DNA of 63,968 bases, filler included, from an uncultured bacterium (lineage in GTDB: Bacteria > CAZSTA01), in assembly GCA_964609495.1 (NCBI GenBank). It is 3 parts of 3 records of this genome, joined end to end, with 100 filler letters (N's around TTAATTAATTAA, not from the genome) between each part and the next. Parts side by side here need not be neighbours in the genome. Positions count along the whole stretch, not along the records: positions 25,097 to 49,030 come from CAZSTA010000034.1; 2 more parts are not named here. The stretch is one strand, 5' to 3'. Shown one piece after another: positions 30,295-40,448 of this stretch. The notes below the pieces were generated by a model. That model was not told where the DNA came from. It saw only the letters and a program-made list of their open reading frames with translations, and did no database searches. Position numbers and translations under genes: made by a program. Each line of letters starts with the position of its first letter. The first letter of the stretch is position 1.

Positions 30295-32145
30295 TTAAAC
30301 AAGTTCTACCATCTCAATAGCTCTTTGGGGACAAAGTTCTACGCACAATCCGCAACCGGTGCACCTACTGGTGGAGATATGATAGGAATTCTTGCCCTTC
30401 TCCGGAGCATCATAGATACATACTCGAGCACATTTACCACAGGCAACACATTTCTTCTCGTCTATTACGGCTTTCCGAGATAGACTTAAGCACACTCCCG
30501 CGGGACAACGTTTATTTTTTATGTGCGCTATATATTCGTCTCGGAAATGCCTAAGAGTACTTATAACTGGGTTGGAAGCTCCTTGCCCTAAGGCACAGAG
30601 GGAAGTATCAGAGATATATTCGGTCAATTCCTCGAGCGTATCTAGATCCTCCATAGTCCCTTCGCCCTTCGTGATCCGAGTGAGGATCTCCAACATTCGG
30701 CGAGTGCCTATCCGACAGGGGGTACACTGCCCACAGGATTCATCCTGAATGAATTCCATGAAGAAGCGAGCGACATCAACCATACAGGTATCCTCGTCCA
30801 TTATGATCATCCCCCCAGAGCCCATCAGACTGCCAGCCTCAATGAGAGAATCGAAGTCGATAGGAACATCGAGGAACTCTATTGGCAGACATCCCCCCAA
30901 TGGCCCTCCCGTCTGAACCGCCTTGAACTGCTTATCGTCTAGCATCCCTCCACCAATATCGTAGATAACCTCGCGCATAGTGATCCCCATTGGGACTTCG
31001 ATCAACCCAGTGTTCTTGACCTTACCAGCGATGGCAAAGGTCTTAGTCCCTTTAGACTTCTCCGTCCCCATACTAGCGAACCAATCTGCCCCCCTCAGGA
31101 TTATCTGAGGAATATTGGCCAAAGTTTCCACGTTATTAACCAGGGTCGGTTTTCCCCAGAGTCCTTTCTGGGCGGGAAAAGGAGGTCTCGGTCTTGGTTC
31201 ACCGCGTCGTCCCTCGATCGAGGCGATCAGGGCTGTTTCCTCCCCACAGACGAAAGCACCAGCTCCGATTCTCAGCTCGATATCGAAGGAGAAGCCCGAA
31301 CCCATAATATCCTCGCCTAGCAATTCCATCCGACGAGCTTGAGGAATAGCTATCGATAAATTCTCTACAGCTTGTGGATACTCCGCTCTAACGTATATAT
31401 AACCCTGACTCGCCCCTGTTGCATAGCCTGCGATCGCCATTCCCTCAAGGACGCCATGAGGATCCCCCTCCAGAACGGATCTGTCCATAAAAGCCCCGGG
31501 GTCTCCCTCATCTCCATTGCATATTACATATTTAATATCGCTCTCCGGAGCCCTGGTGAATCTCCACTTCAACCCAGTAGGGAAGCCTGCCCCTCCTCTC
31601 CCCCTTAATCCTGATTTCATAACCTCCTCGATCACCTGCTCAGGAGTCATCTCAGTGAGCGCTTTACCCAAAGCCATATAGCCATCTCTAGCGATATATT
31701 CCTCTATCCTCATAGGATTAATGATCCCACAATTTCTGAGAACAACTCTTACCTCTTTGGGATGAGGTGAACCTAACTCGCTAACTTTCTCCTCGGTCTC
31801 AGTATATAGGAGATGTTCGATCACCTCTCCTCCGATAAGGTGTTTATTTACGATATCACCTACATCCTCAAGGGAAAGGTTTACATAAGTAACTTTCTCT
31901 GGATATATCTCTATCTCTGGGCCAACCTCACAGTGGCCAACCTTAGATACCTCAATTACCTCCACCTTGTCCTTCAATCCATTAGAGTATATCTCTTTGA
32001 ACAATACCTCTTCAAGCTCTCTACTTCCCTTAGATAAACATTCCTCATCTGTGCATATTAAAATCACTCTCTTCTCATCTCTTAATCTATCTAATTTTGA
32101 AAACTGCTCTTTGATCTCCCCGAGCTTATCCAATGATATCGCCAT
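30295..32145 (-). CDS. NuoF/HydB/HylB-like NADH-binding subunit with N-terminal thioredoxin-like and C-terminal 2x[4Fe-4S] domains
   Basis: GRGGAGFPTG, NGDEGDPG, GAFVCGEET, ESCGQCTPCR. Confidence 0.93.
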   Translation of the reverse strand: MAISLDKLGEIKEQFSKLDRLRDEKRVILICTDEECLSKGSRELEEVLFKEIYSNGLKDKVEVIEVSKVGHCEVGPEIEIYPEKVTYVNLSLEDVGDIVNKHLIGGEVIEHLLYTETEEKVSELGSPHPKEVRVVLRNCGIINPMRIEEYIARDGYMALGKALTEMTPEQVIEEVMKSGLRGRGGAGFPTGLKWRFTRAPESDIKYVICNGDEGDPGAFMDRSVLEGDPHGVLEGMAIAGYATGASQGYIYVRAEYPQAVENLSIAIPQARRMELLGEDIMGSGFSFDIELRIGAGAFVCGEETALIASIEGRRGEPRPRPPFPAQKGLWGKPTLVNNVETLANIPQIILRGADWFASMGTEKSKGTKTFAIAGKVKNTGLIEVPMGITMREVIYDIGGGMLDDKQFKAVQTGGPLGGCLPIEFLDVPIDFDSLIEAGSLMGSGGMIIMDEDTCMVDVARFFMEFIQDESCGQCTPCRIGTRRMLEILTRITKGEGTMEDLDTLEELTEYISDTSLCALGQGASNPVISTLRHFRDEYIAHIKNKRCPAGVCLSLSRKAVIDEKKCVACGKCARVCIYDAPEKGKNSYHISTSRCTGCGLCVELCPQRAIEMVELV

Positions 32146-32183
32146 TTCTTTTCTTCTCCTCCCATCATAGAGAACTTCTGATT

Positions 32184-32672
32184 TTATTTATACTCCTTCA
32201 GGATTTCCATAACATTGGAGGGAGTAAGGCCGCCATGCACCTTCTCATCTACTATCATCATCACTGGAGCTTTACTGCAATTACCTACACAGCGACATGT
32301 TTCCAGAGTATATCTCATATCGGGGGTGGTCTCATTTACATCGATACCCAATTCCCTCTTCAGCTTCCGCAGAATTCTAGGGGCTCCGCGCACGTAACAA
32401 GCGGTTCCTAGACAGACCTCGATCCTATGTCTTCCTCGGGGTTTAGTAGTGAATAGGGTGTAGAATGATACTACTCCATAGATAACCGTAGGAGAGATAT
32501 TTAGCTTCTCCGCTATATAATCCTGTAATTCCTTAGGCAGATAGCCGTATAGCCCTTGAGCTTGGTGTAATATCGAGATAAGAGAACCTTTCTTCCCCTT
32601 CTCCCTCTCTATTATCCGATCTAGCCTAGCTTTATGTTCTTCGAGATCTAATTTGCTGCTCACCTTTGGCAT
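32184..32672 (-). CDS. NuoE/HydC/HylC-like [2Fe-2S] subunit
   Basis: CLGTAC..CVGNC; AAAGGAGG RBS before MPKV. Confidence 0.92.
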   Translation of the reverse strand: MPKVSSKLDLEEHKARLDRIIEREKGKKGSLISILHQAQGLYGYLPKELQDYIAEKLNISPTVIYGVVSFYTLFTTKPRGRHRIEVCLGTACYVRGAPRILRKLKRELGIDVNETTPDMRYTLETCRCVGNCSKAPVMMIVDEKVHGGLTPSNVMEILKEYK

Positions 32673-32730
32673 TAAGTGAATACCTCCTTTGCTCATATAT
32701 ATTCCCCAGGGGGAATATAAGATGTGATAT

Positions 32731-33711
32731 CTATCTCCTTCCGAATCGGATGCCATCGGGCAACTTTAATCCATTCGCTCCCTCCCTCTTTAGAGACACT
32801 AATTTTCTAGGTTTCTGAAAAATAAGTATATACTCGTGGACCTTATTAATCCTAAAGACATACGGATAGCCCAGAGGTCTCAGATTATTATATTCCTGAC
32901 GGCGATCCCATATTATTATATCATCAAAGATAAAACCTACTTCCTGCATCATCAAGGCAATGTCTATATGAAATGGATAAAACTTCGCTTTCTTTCTGAT
33001 ATCCATCACTATTATTATACAATATTTTCCATCTTTTAAAACCTCAAATACATAGCTAAAAACTTCTTGCAAAGCATCTATAAACTTTCGATAATCTTTT
33101 ATCTTCCCTAAGTCCTCTTTAGTATCACCATAATCCCTAACATCCTTGTAATCAGCAGTTCGCTTTTGGCTTAGTATATCCCAGTAGGGAGGAGACGTTA
33201 GGCACATATCCACGGAGTTCGGTTTTAAATATTGCAATAGTTCCCTGGCATCTGCCCTATATATCTTATAATTTCTCCCTTCGCCAATATCAAATAGCTC
33301 CTTCTGCATAAGCCTATCCTCAGCTATCTTAATAAACTCCTCAGATATTTCAAACCCAATTCCTTCCTTACCGACTCTTTTAGCGGCTATAATTGTGCTA
33401 CCACTACCCATAAAGGGATCAAGGATGACCTTCTCTTCTTCCCTAGTAAATATCCTTATCAGCCTATCAGTGAGCTGGAGGGGAAACATAGCCGGATGGC
33501 TTATCTTAATTTCCTCGGAGCTCTTTTTAATATCGTTCCAGACACTGATCGAATATTGAAGCCAAGTTTTGCCATCCAATTCATTACATCTATTTAAATT
33601 CCGATCTTTTCTACTCTTAGAGTCCATCTTTAATTTGCTTATAGTAGCATTATGATCATATTCTCTCAAAGAAATCACTCCTCCTCTTATCTTAACCAGA
33701 ATCTCTATCAT
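32731..33711 (-). CDS. DNA methyltransferase (N4/N6 family, SPPY motif); true start probably further downstream
   Basis: HPAMFP, LDPFMGSGS, TSPPY, HEYILIFQK. Confidence 0.88.
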   Translation of the reverse strand: MIEILVKIRGGVISLREYDHNATISKLKMDSKSRKDRNLNRCNELDGKTWLQYSISVWNDIKKSSEEIKISHPAMFPLQLTDRLIRIFTREEEKVILDPFMGSGSTIIAAKRVGKEGIGFEISEEFIKIAEDRLMQKELFDIGEGRNYKIYRADARELLQYLKPNSVDMCLTSPPYWDILSQKRTADYKDVRDYGDTKEDLGKIKDYRKFIDALQEVFSYVFEVLKDGKYCIIIVMDIRKKAKFYPFHIDIALMMQEVGFIFDDIIIWDRRQEYNNLRPLGYPYVFRINKVHEYILIFQKPRKLVSLKREGANGLKLPDGIRFGRR

Positions 33712-33731
33712 CAGCTATCTTCTAGTAGAGA

Positions 33732-34382
33732 TCACTTTCCTATCCTGAGAGATTTTCTGTCCCTTGTAGCCTCTCTCGATAGGAAGAAAGTCAAATCCGC
33801 GAATTCTCCAGCTAAATCTACATTCCGTATAATAACCCCCTCTGGAACCATAAGCGCTCGAGGAGCGAAATTCAAGATCCCCTTGATCCCCTTATCAACC
33901 AATTCATCTACTACCTGCTGAGCTTGAGAGGCAGGAACAGCGACTATTCCCATCTCTATTTCCAGCTTCTCTACCACCTCTCCCATTTTCTCTAAATCTT
34001 GGATCACCAAAGGCCCTATTCGTTTACCTATCTTATTCGGATCCCTATCCAGAGCGGCTACAATAAACAGATTTCTAGCCGCGAAGCCCTGATATCTAAT
34101 TAGAGCTGAACCTAAATTCCCAACTCCTACAAGGACAATCTTCCAGCTTCTATTGAGCCCCAAAATATCATTTAAATTTCCCGATAGATCCCTAACGTTA
34201 TACCCTACTCCTCGTTTTCCAAATTCCCCGAAATAAGCTAAATCTTTCCTAATCTGACACGGATTCACCCCTACTTCCTCAGCTAAAACCTGAGAGGAAA
34301 CAGTTGTTACCTCTCTATCTACTAAGCGAGAAAGACATCTCAGATATAGTGATAAACGTTGCACCGTCGGCTTAGGGATCAT
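33732..34382 (-). CDS. rex: Redox-sensing repressor Rex
   Basis: RLSLYLR; QIRKDLAYFGEFGKRGVGY; GVGNLG; GILNFAP. Confidence 0.96.
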   Translation of the reverse strand: MIPKPTVQRLSLYLRCLSRLVDREVTTVSSQVLAEEVGVNPCQIRKDLAYFGEFGKRGVGYNVRDLSGNLNDILGLNRSWKIVLVGVGNLGSALIRYQGFAARNLFIVAALDRDPNKIGKRIGPLVIQDLEKMGEVVEKLEIEMGIVAVPASQAQQVVDELVDKGIKGILNFAPRALMVPEGVIIRNVDLAGEFADLTFFLSREATRDRKSLRIGK

Positions 34383-34418
34383 TGGCACGATTCTGTAAAC
34401 TTTTTTTTGCTTGTTTTT

Positions 34419-34447
34419 ATTATAACGTTTTTGAGATGGAATGTCAA
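34419..34447 (-). promoter_or_regulatory. Consensus sigma70 promoter of rex
   Basis: TTGACA-17-TATAAT on the minus strand. Confidence 0.85.
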
Positions 34448-34617
34448 CAATTATTGCTCCTATCAAATGTATGATTTTAAGGAGAATCTGGTTTACCAAA
34501 TTGGATAAACTATAATAATTTAGGAAGTAGGTTGATAAGTTTCCTTCGATGAGGTATAATTATTATGAGATTTAAATCATAAACTCTCTTTATCTTCATA
34601 GTAAAGGAAGTGAGGCT

Positions 34618-35721
34618 TTGGCAAAGAAATGTATAGTTGTAAAGCTAGGAAGTAATATCCTGATCGATAAAGAGGGAAGGTTGAATGAGGAAAGGATAAA
34701 TAATATAGCTAAGGAGTTAGCCGATCTCCGCCATCGAGGTAATGATATGATCTTAGTTACCTCTGGAGCTATTGGAGTGGGAATGAGAAAACTAAAGCTC
34801 TCCAAGCGTCAAAAGAGCATACCTCTAAATCAAGCTACGGCTGCGGTTGGGCAGGGGTTGCTTATGCGAGCTTATGAGAGTATCTTCGCTCGCTATGATC
34901 AAGTAATAGCTCAAATTCTGCTCACCCGCGAGGATCTTGAGGCTCGCAATCGTTATCTCAACGCTCGACATACTATCTCCACCCTGTTGGGACTTGGAGT
35001 AATTCCCGTCATTAATGAGAATGATACGGTAGCTGTGGAAGAGATAAAGTTCGGTGATAATGATAATCTCTCCGCCCTCGTTGCCTCTCTAATCGGAGCA
35101 GATCTGTTGATTAACCTCTCGGATACAGAAGGTTTATATACAGGAGATCCTAAATGTGATGAGAATGTTAGCTTGATCGCTCAGGTGGATAGATTAACCC
35201 CGGAGCTAGAGGAGATAGCAGGAGGAGCGGGAAGCGAGGTCGGAAGTGGGGGGATGATCACTAAACTTCAAGCTGCGAGAACAGCCACTAGCTCTGGTAT
35301 TGATATGGTAATCGCTAATGGAACGAAGGATAATGTTATTATGAGAATAGTAGAGGGAGAGGGGATCGGAACATCATTTAAATCCCCTATAGATAAGGTG
35401 GAAAGTCGCAAGAGATGGCTCTTCGCTCTATCGCTGATAGGCAAGATAAAAGTGGATAAAGGAGCAGAGGAAGCGATCTCGAAAAGGGGCAAGAGCCTAC
35501 TAGCTTCGGGGATAGTCGCAGTTAGAGAAACCTTCAAAGTTGGTGATGCAGTGCTGTTGGTCAATAAGCAAGATAGAGGGATAGCTAGAGGATTAGTCAA
35601 CTATTCCTCAGAAGAGATAGAGAAGATAAAAGGGCATAAGTCATCTGAGATAGAGGATATACTGGGCTATAAATACTTTGATGAGGTAATTCACCGAGAT
35701 AATATGGTCCTAAGCCTATAA
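34618..35721 (+). CDS. proB: Glutamate 5-kinase
   Basis: VVKLGS, INENDTV, FGDNDNLS, GGMITK, PUA domain. Confidence 0.97.
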   Translation: MAKKCIVVKLGSNILIDKEGRLNEERINNIAKELADLRHRGNDMILVTSGAIGVGMRKLKLSKRQKSIPLNQATAAVGQGLLMRAYESIFARYDQVIAQILLTREDLEARNRYLNARHTISTLLGLGVIPVINENDTVAVEEIKFGDNDNLSALVASLIGADLLINLSDTEGLYTGDPKCDENVSLIAQVDRLTPELEEIAGGAGSEVGSGGMITKLQAARTATSSGIDMVIANGTKDNVIMRIVEGEGIGTSFKSPIDKVESRKRWLFALSLIGKIKVDKGAEEAISKRGKSLLASGIVAVRETFKVGDAVLLVNKQDRGIARGLVNYSSEEIEKIKGHKSSEIEDILGYKYFDEVIHRDNMVLSL

Positions 35722-35729
35722 AGGATATG

Positions 35730-36770
35730 CTATGAACTTTCAGATAATTCTCTAGCCAATTGTAATTCTCTCCAAAGCCCCATAGATACGATTCCTCCCA
35801 CGATCAAATTGGTGTAAAAGGTGAATATACTCCAGATAGCTACAAACGCTCCCAGAAGGTAAGAAGGGATCAAGGAAACAAAAAAGGCCGCGAGTCCAGC
35901 CTCAGATATTCCAGTTGCTCCCGGAGTGGGAGCGATAAGGGTCAGGAAGTAGAAAGCGATCTGCCTAATGAATATGGGCAGAAAAGGGACAGACTGTCCC
36001 ATCCCCTTTAGAATGATCATCACTAAGTATATAATCGTCATCCATCGGAGCGCTGTGCATAGTAGGGCAAGGACAGCCTTTATCCCTCCTCTGCGGATGA
36101 AGAACCACATCCCATCGTGGAACTCCTCAACCTCCTTGTGGAGTTGAGCAGATACCTTCTCTATCCGCTCTTCTGAGAATAGGCGTCGTAAAAGGGACCA
36201 ATCCAGTATTTTCTCTATTACATTGCTAAATAACTCCACTCTGAAGAGGGAGAGAAGTAGAATCGTGGTGAGGATCAGGAAGAGAAGGATAAAGGCCCAG
36301 GAGACAGCGATAAAGTCTTTATCATTACCATATATATTTTTGGACATGAAAAAAGCGATAGGTCCGGTTATGGCAAAGAAGACTAATTCTAAAAAACCCT
36401 GTTCTACAACTACAGCGATTGCCTTACCCGGAGGAACGATATTCTTCTTCGAGAGAATGAGAATTTGAACAGGGCCCCCTCCTACTCGACCGGGAGTTAT
36501 GGAGGATACAAAATTAGTCGCCATAATCATCTTCAACGTCATATTTAAACCTATCTTCTCCCCATGGATTCTGACCAAAAGCATTATACGAAAAGCGGCT
36601 ATAAGCCAAGAGAGTATAACCGCTAGAATCGCTAAAGGTAAATAGGTGAGATCAAGTCGCCTTAGATTCGACCAAGTTTCCTTCTCAGAGGTGAGAAGAA
36701 AGAGAGCAATTATAGCTACAATACTTATGCTAATGGCGATCCTCAAGCCCCTGACAAAATTTTTATGCAT
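35730..36770 (-). CDS. Lysylphosphatidylglycerol synthase TM / flippase-like (UPF0104) protein
   Basis: ITPGRVGG; PTPGATGISE; multiple TM helices. Confidence 0.85.
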   Translation of the reverse strand: MHKNFVRGLRIAISISIVAIIALFLLTSEKETWSNLRRLDLTYLPLAILAVILSWLIAAFRIMLLVRIHGEKIGLNMTLKMIMATNFVSSITPGRVGGGPVQILILSKKNIVPPGKAIAVVVEQGFLELVFFAITGPIAFFMSKNIYGNDKDFIAVSWAFILLFLILTTILLLSLFRVELFSNVIEKILDWSLLRRLFSEERIEKVSAQLHKEVEEFHDGMWFFIRRGGIKAVLALLCTALRWMTIIYLVMIILKGMGQSVPFLPIFIRQIAFYFLTLIAPTPGATGISEAGLAAFFVSLIPSYLLGAFVAIWSIFTFYTNLIVGGIVSMGLWRELQLARELSESS

Positions 36771-36849
36771 ACTTTCTCTCTTTTGTGAATTATTCGGCTA
36801 GGGATGCATATAGAATCGGGGATCAAAATGATTTCAGATCGAATTATAA

Positions 36850-36890
36850 TCCCCCCTCACCCTGGCCCTCTCCCACGAGGGGAGAGAGAT
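36850..36890. repeat. Single REP-like hairpin of the same repeat family
   Basis: CCCCCTCACCCTGGCCCTCTCCCACGAGGGGAGAG. Confidence 0.75.
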
Positions 36891-36991
36891 AGGTTTTTTT
36901 TCGCTGTGGAAGAGGTCATTCTCGGATAGTTGCCACGCTTTTTTCTAGTTAACTGAGGCTTTTTAGATTTTAACACAAATTATCATATTTG

Positions 36992-39400
36992 TCAAAAGGT
37001 TTTAGTTTGGCAAAAGTTTATGACCGCTTGTCGGCACTGTTGAACTTTCAACCTGAGATGCTCGTTGACTAAATCCTTTGGCTTGGTCAATCTATCATAT
37101 ATATCGAGTCCCTCCTCGAGCCTGCCCTTCTGACAATATAATAATAATATCCAAGTATAATCTAATAATTCGTTCACTACGGTAGGGGTGTATAGACCCT
37201 TTGGATCCAATCCTTTGCCGTTTATAACCTCGCTATATCTACTTTGAATTATGTTATCATAATATCTCCCGAACATCTCATTTACTCGCATATAGTGATC
37301 TCTAATCCACATATAGATAGCTGGAGGATAGATATATTTGTAATTGGGAAGGTCTAAGCCCGGATCCCCAAAATCTTGAAGTACTATTATCTCATAGAAA
37401 CCATCATTATTAAGATCCACAATAGCTTCCCCTGGGCTTTCCGCCGGAATATCGATAACTTCCTCAAATCTTCCCTCCTTATCCCGGTGATATATCTTTA
37501 CAGACGCACAGCCGAAGCAATTCCCTCCTGTATTCCTGGCTATTATAAGTTCATTAACTCCATCACGAGTTAGATCCCTTGCTGAATATATCTCCAATCC
37601 ATAGTCCGCCACTGATAAAACTTCCCGATAATGCCCAAGAGTTTGCTCTTCGAAGATAGCTAGAATCGTATATATCCCCTCGCAATCCGTTATCTCTCTG
37701 AATCGGATAGACACATCAGCTCTTCCATTGCTGTCTATATCGGTGAATTCAAGGATTTGTTCCCATTCGTCATATAAACTCAATTCTCCTGCGAACTCCT
37801 CCTTCACCATTTGTATATATTCTCGGATGTTCTGAAGAGAGCTTATCGTTGTGAGAAGAGCTTCAGCCGCTCTTATCTTATCCTCCATATATCCCTCCCT
37901 TAAGGAAGCCTTGAGAAATATTATACCCGAATCATCTCCGATCCTACCAAGAAGTTCAACAGCTTTAGCTTTATTCTTTATCCCCTCACTCGTTAAAGCG
38001 GATTTAAGAATAGGAGCTCCTGAGTTATCCCCCATCCCGAGCAACGCTTCTGCCGCGCTTATTCTCACGTGGAGATCGTCATCCTTTAAACTCTCTTTAA
38101 GAAGGGGGATAAGCGCTCTATCTCTCAATTTTCCTAAAGTTTCTACCGCAGCTGCTCGAATTTCCGTATCACCACTTCTCAGGACTCTTCTCAATAAGGG
38201 GATCGCTGATTTGGGGGCCATTCTACCCAATAACTCAACTGCTTTAGCAGAGCTAAACCCTCCTCTCCATTCCCTTCTAGCTGAAACCTCACCAGCTCTT
38301 AAGATAGACTCCACTACGAGTTGAAGGACATCTTCTTCCCCTAACTCTCCTAAAGCGATAGCAGCCCCATATCTAACCTCATCCTCCTCGCTATTTAGGA
38401 GGCTCCTTAGAAAAGTCGATCCTGAGCTATCTCCTAATTTTGCCAGGGATTGAGCTGCCCTCAATCTCAAGAATATATCCTCATCCCTATCCTGCATAAT
38501 CCTTCTTAAGATTGGGATCACAGATATATCCTCGGAATCTCCCAATACCTCTAAAGCTGAAGCCAAAGAGGGAAGAAGAGAGGACCACTTGTCCGAACCA
38601 TCATATTTTAGCAAGATCTCTTTAAGAGTTATAGTTCCCTCTCTGATTCCCTTTCTGCTCAACAGCGAGGCGGCTGAGAGAGCATATTCCATATTATCTT
38701 TATCTGAAAGCTCTGATAGGAAGGTCGAACAGATTCGACTCAATAGTTCCAGATCATCTCTACCTCGAGCTTGAATCAGCTTCTCATAATATTGTAGGGC
38801 TTCCTTAGAGTTATTTTGGGAAAGAGCCACCTCTACATATAATCTGTAGAATTCCTCGCTCTCTAGCTCTTCCTCAGAAGAGATCTTAGCTATATATCTC
38901 TTCGGCAAAGAGAAGGTGGTAGAGCTCCTCTTGTAATAGACCTTAAATGGTTTAGTTAAATCTATTTCGGAGGAGAATCTCACTAACCCTTGAGTAATAT
39001 CGCCCTTGGGAATTATCCCTTCAAATCTTTCGGAAATGGCAAGAGTTTCCTTAACCTTGTATTGTAGATTTCCCTGTCCGATCTCCATCCTTTTAGGGAA
39101 GAATAGGGAATCTTTATAGGGAAAGGCGACCACTAGAAAGCAAATACCTTCCTGAGCGAACTTTTTCACTACCCCTTTGGTAATGGGATCATCGGCATAA
39201 TAGAGGTCAATGAGATTCTCAGTTAGATAGAGTAAAGATATCTCCAGTTCAGCATTATCCTCTAGATCCCTAACTAGAAGCTTGCTAGATAGCTCTTCCA
39301 CTATTCTCCCCATATCTTCGTCATCAATAGCCCCAACAGTTGGGATAAGAAACAGAGTAAGTATTAAAAGGGGTAAGATTCCGCTTATCTTCACTATCAC
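36992..39400 (-). CDS. Secreted multidomain HEAT/PBS-lyase repeat protein
   Basis: Signal peptide; repeated VR..AA.ALG.LG units. Confidence 0.85.
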   Translation of the reverse strand: MIVKISGILPLLILTLFLIPTVGAIDDEDMGRIVEELSSKLLVRDLEDNAELEISLLYLTENLIDLYYADDPITKGVVKKFAQEGICFLVVAFPYKDSLFFPKRMEIGQGNLQYKVKETLAISERFEGIIPKGDITQGLVRFSSEIDLTKPFKVYYKRSSTTFSLPKRYIAKISSEEELESEEFYRLYVEVALSQNNSKEALQYYEKLIQARGRDDLELLSRICSTFLSELSDKDNMEYALSAASLLSRKGIREGTITLKEILLKYDGSDKWSSLLPSLASALEVLGDSEDISVIPILRRIMQDRDEDIFLRLRAAQSLAKLGDSSGSTFLRSLLNSEEDEVRYGAAIALGELGEEDVLQLVVESILRAGEVSARREWRGGFSSAKAVELLGRMAPKSAIPLLRRVLRSGDTEIRAAAVETLGKLRDRALIPLLKESLKDDDLHVRISAAEALLGMGDNSGAPILKSALTSEGIKNKAKAVELLGRIGDDSGIIFLKASLREGYMEDKIRAAEALLTTISSLQNIREYIQMVKEEFAGELSLYDEWEQILEFTDIDSNGRADVSIRFREITDCEGIYTILAIFEEQTLGHYREVLSVADYGLEIYSARDLTRDGVNELIIARNTGGNCFGCASVKIYHRDKEGRFEEVIDIPAESPGEAIVDLNNDGFYEIIVLQDFGDPGLDLPNYKYIYPPAIYMWIRDHYMRVNEMFGRYYDNIIQSRYSEVINGKGLDPKGLYTPTVVNELLDYTWILLLYCQKGRLEEGLDIYDRLTKPKDLVNEHLRLKVQQCRQAVINFCQTKTF

Positions 39401-39428
39401 TTTCGTTCTACCTCTTTATCCAAGATTG

Positions 39429-40373
39429 TCAAGAACATCTGCCAAACTCCTTCCTCAGCTCTAGCATATAAAAATAGTTATCGAGAGGAACTCCCTCAAA
39501 GACACAGTTACTAGTGGCGTAGATATACCCTCCCCTCTTCACTCCTCCATGCTCAAGGCAATATAGGGCGCTTTCTTCGATCTGTCCTCGCGTTCCAGAT
39601 TGAAGCATCGCACAATTTACGTTTCCAATCAAGCATATCTTATCGCCCACTAAATCCTTGACCTCTTTAATATCGACTCCAGCCATAGGATCGAGGGAGT
39701 GAAGCCCATGGGGTTGACATTCGACTATTTGATCTAGGATAGGCATTATATCCCCATCGGTATGCTTCACGACATAAGCTCCCGCGTCTCTGAAAGCTGA
39801 GGTCTCCCTCTTCAAGAAGGGGGTCACAAATTCGGAGAACATCGTAGGAGATAGGAATGGGCCAGCGTTGAAACAATAGTCAGCACACATAAAGATTATC
39901 TCTGCTCCACCCTCGATCAACTTTACCCCCGCCTCTATCGCTCCCTGAACTCTAAGCTCCAAACTCTTTAAGACCTCCTCCTTATCATCATGCAACCGAT
40001 AGGCTATCTCCATCATACTCTCGCCACTTGGGATCGCCATCGTTCCATCGATAAACGCACTCAGGAGAAATTTCTCTCCGCTGATCCGCTTGATCTCATT
40101 ATAGGTAAATATCTGATCCTCAATAGTAGGTAACCAGTGGATTCCAGTAACTATACAATAATCCAATTTCTCCGCTACTTCGGTGATCACCTTCGCATTT
40201 TCCCTCAACATCTCCTCCCGCTCTACTCCAGTTACCCCCTTAAGATCCTCTCTATGCAAAGTTTTCTTTCCGATTAACTCCTCGGATAACTGAAACTCAA
40301 GCTCTAAAGTGGGAATTAAACCTTCTGGTTTCTTTAACTCCAAAGCGGCTATAGCTTTCTCCCTCTCCGTCAC
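39429..40373 (-). CDS. Uroporphyrinogen decarboxylase family protein
   Basis: LSPTMFSEFV; KHTDG; LIGNV. Confidence 0.85.
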   Translation of the reverse strand: MTEREKAIAALELKKPEGLIPTLELEFQLSEELIGKKTLHREDLKGVTGVEREEMLRENAKVITEVAEKLDYCIVTGIHWLPTIEDQIFTYNEIKRISGEKFLLSAFIDGTMAIPSGESMMEIAYRLHDDKEEVLKSLELRVQGAIEAGVKLIEGGAEIIFMCADYCFNAGPFLSPTMFSEFVTPFLKRETSAFRDAGAYVVKHTDGDIMPILDQIVECQPHGLHSLDPMAGVDIKEVKDLVGDKICLIGNVNCAMLQSGTRGQIEESALYCLEHGGVKRGGYIYATSNCVFEGVPLDNYFYMLELRKEFGRCS

Positions 40374-40448
40374 TTCTTCACTCTCCTTTATCTAATAATA
40401 CTACCTTAACTCAAAGATTGTTTCAACTGAGAATTGCCTTCAAGCGCT

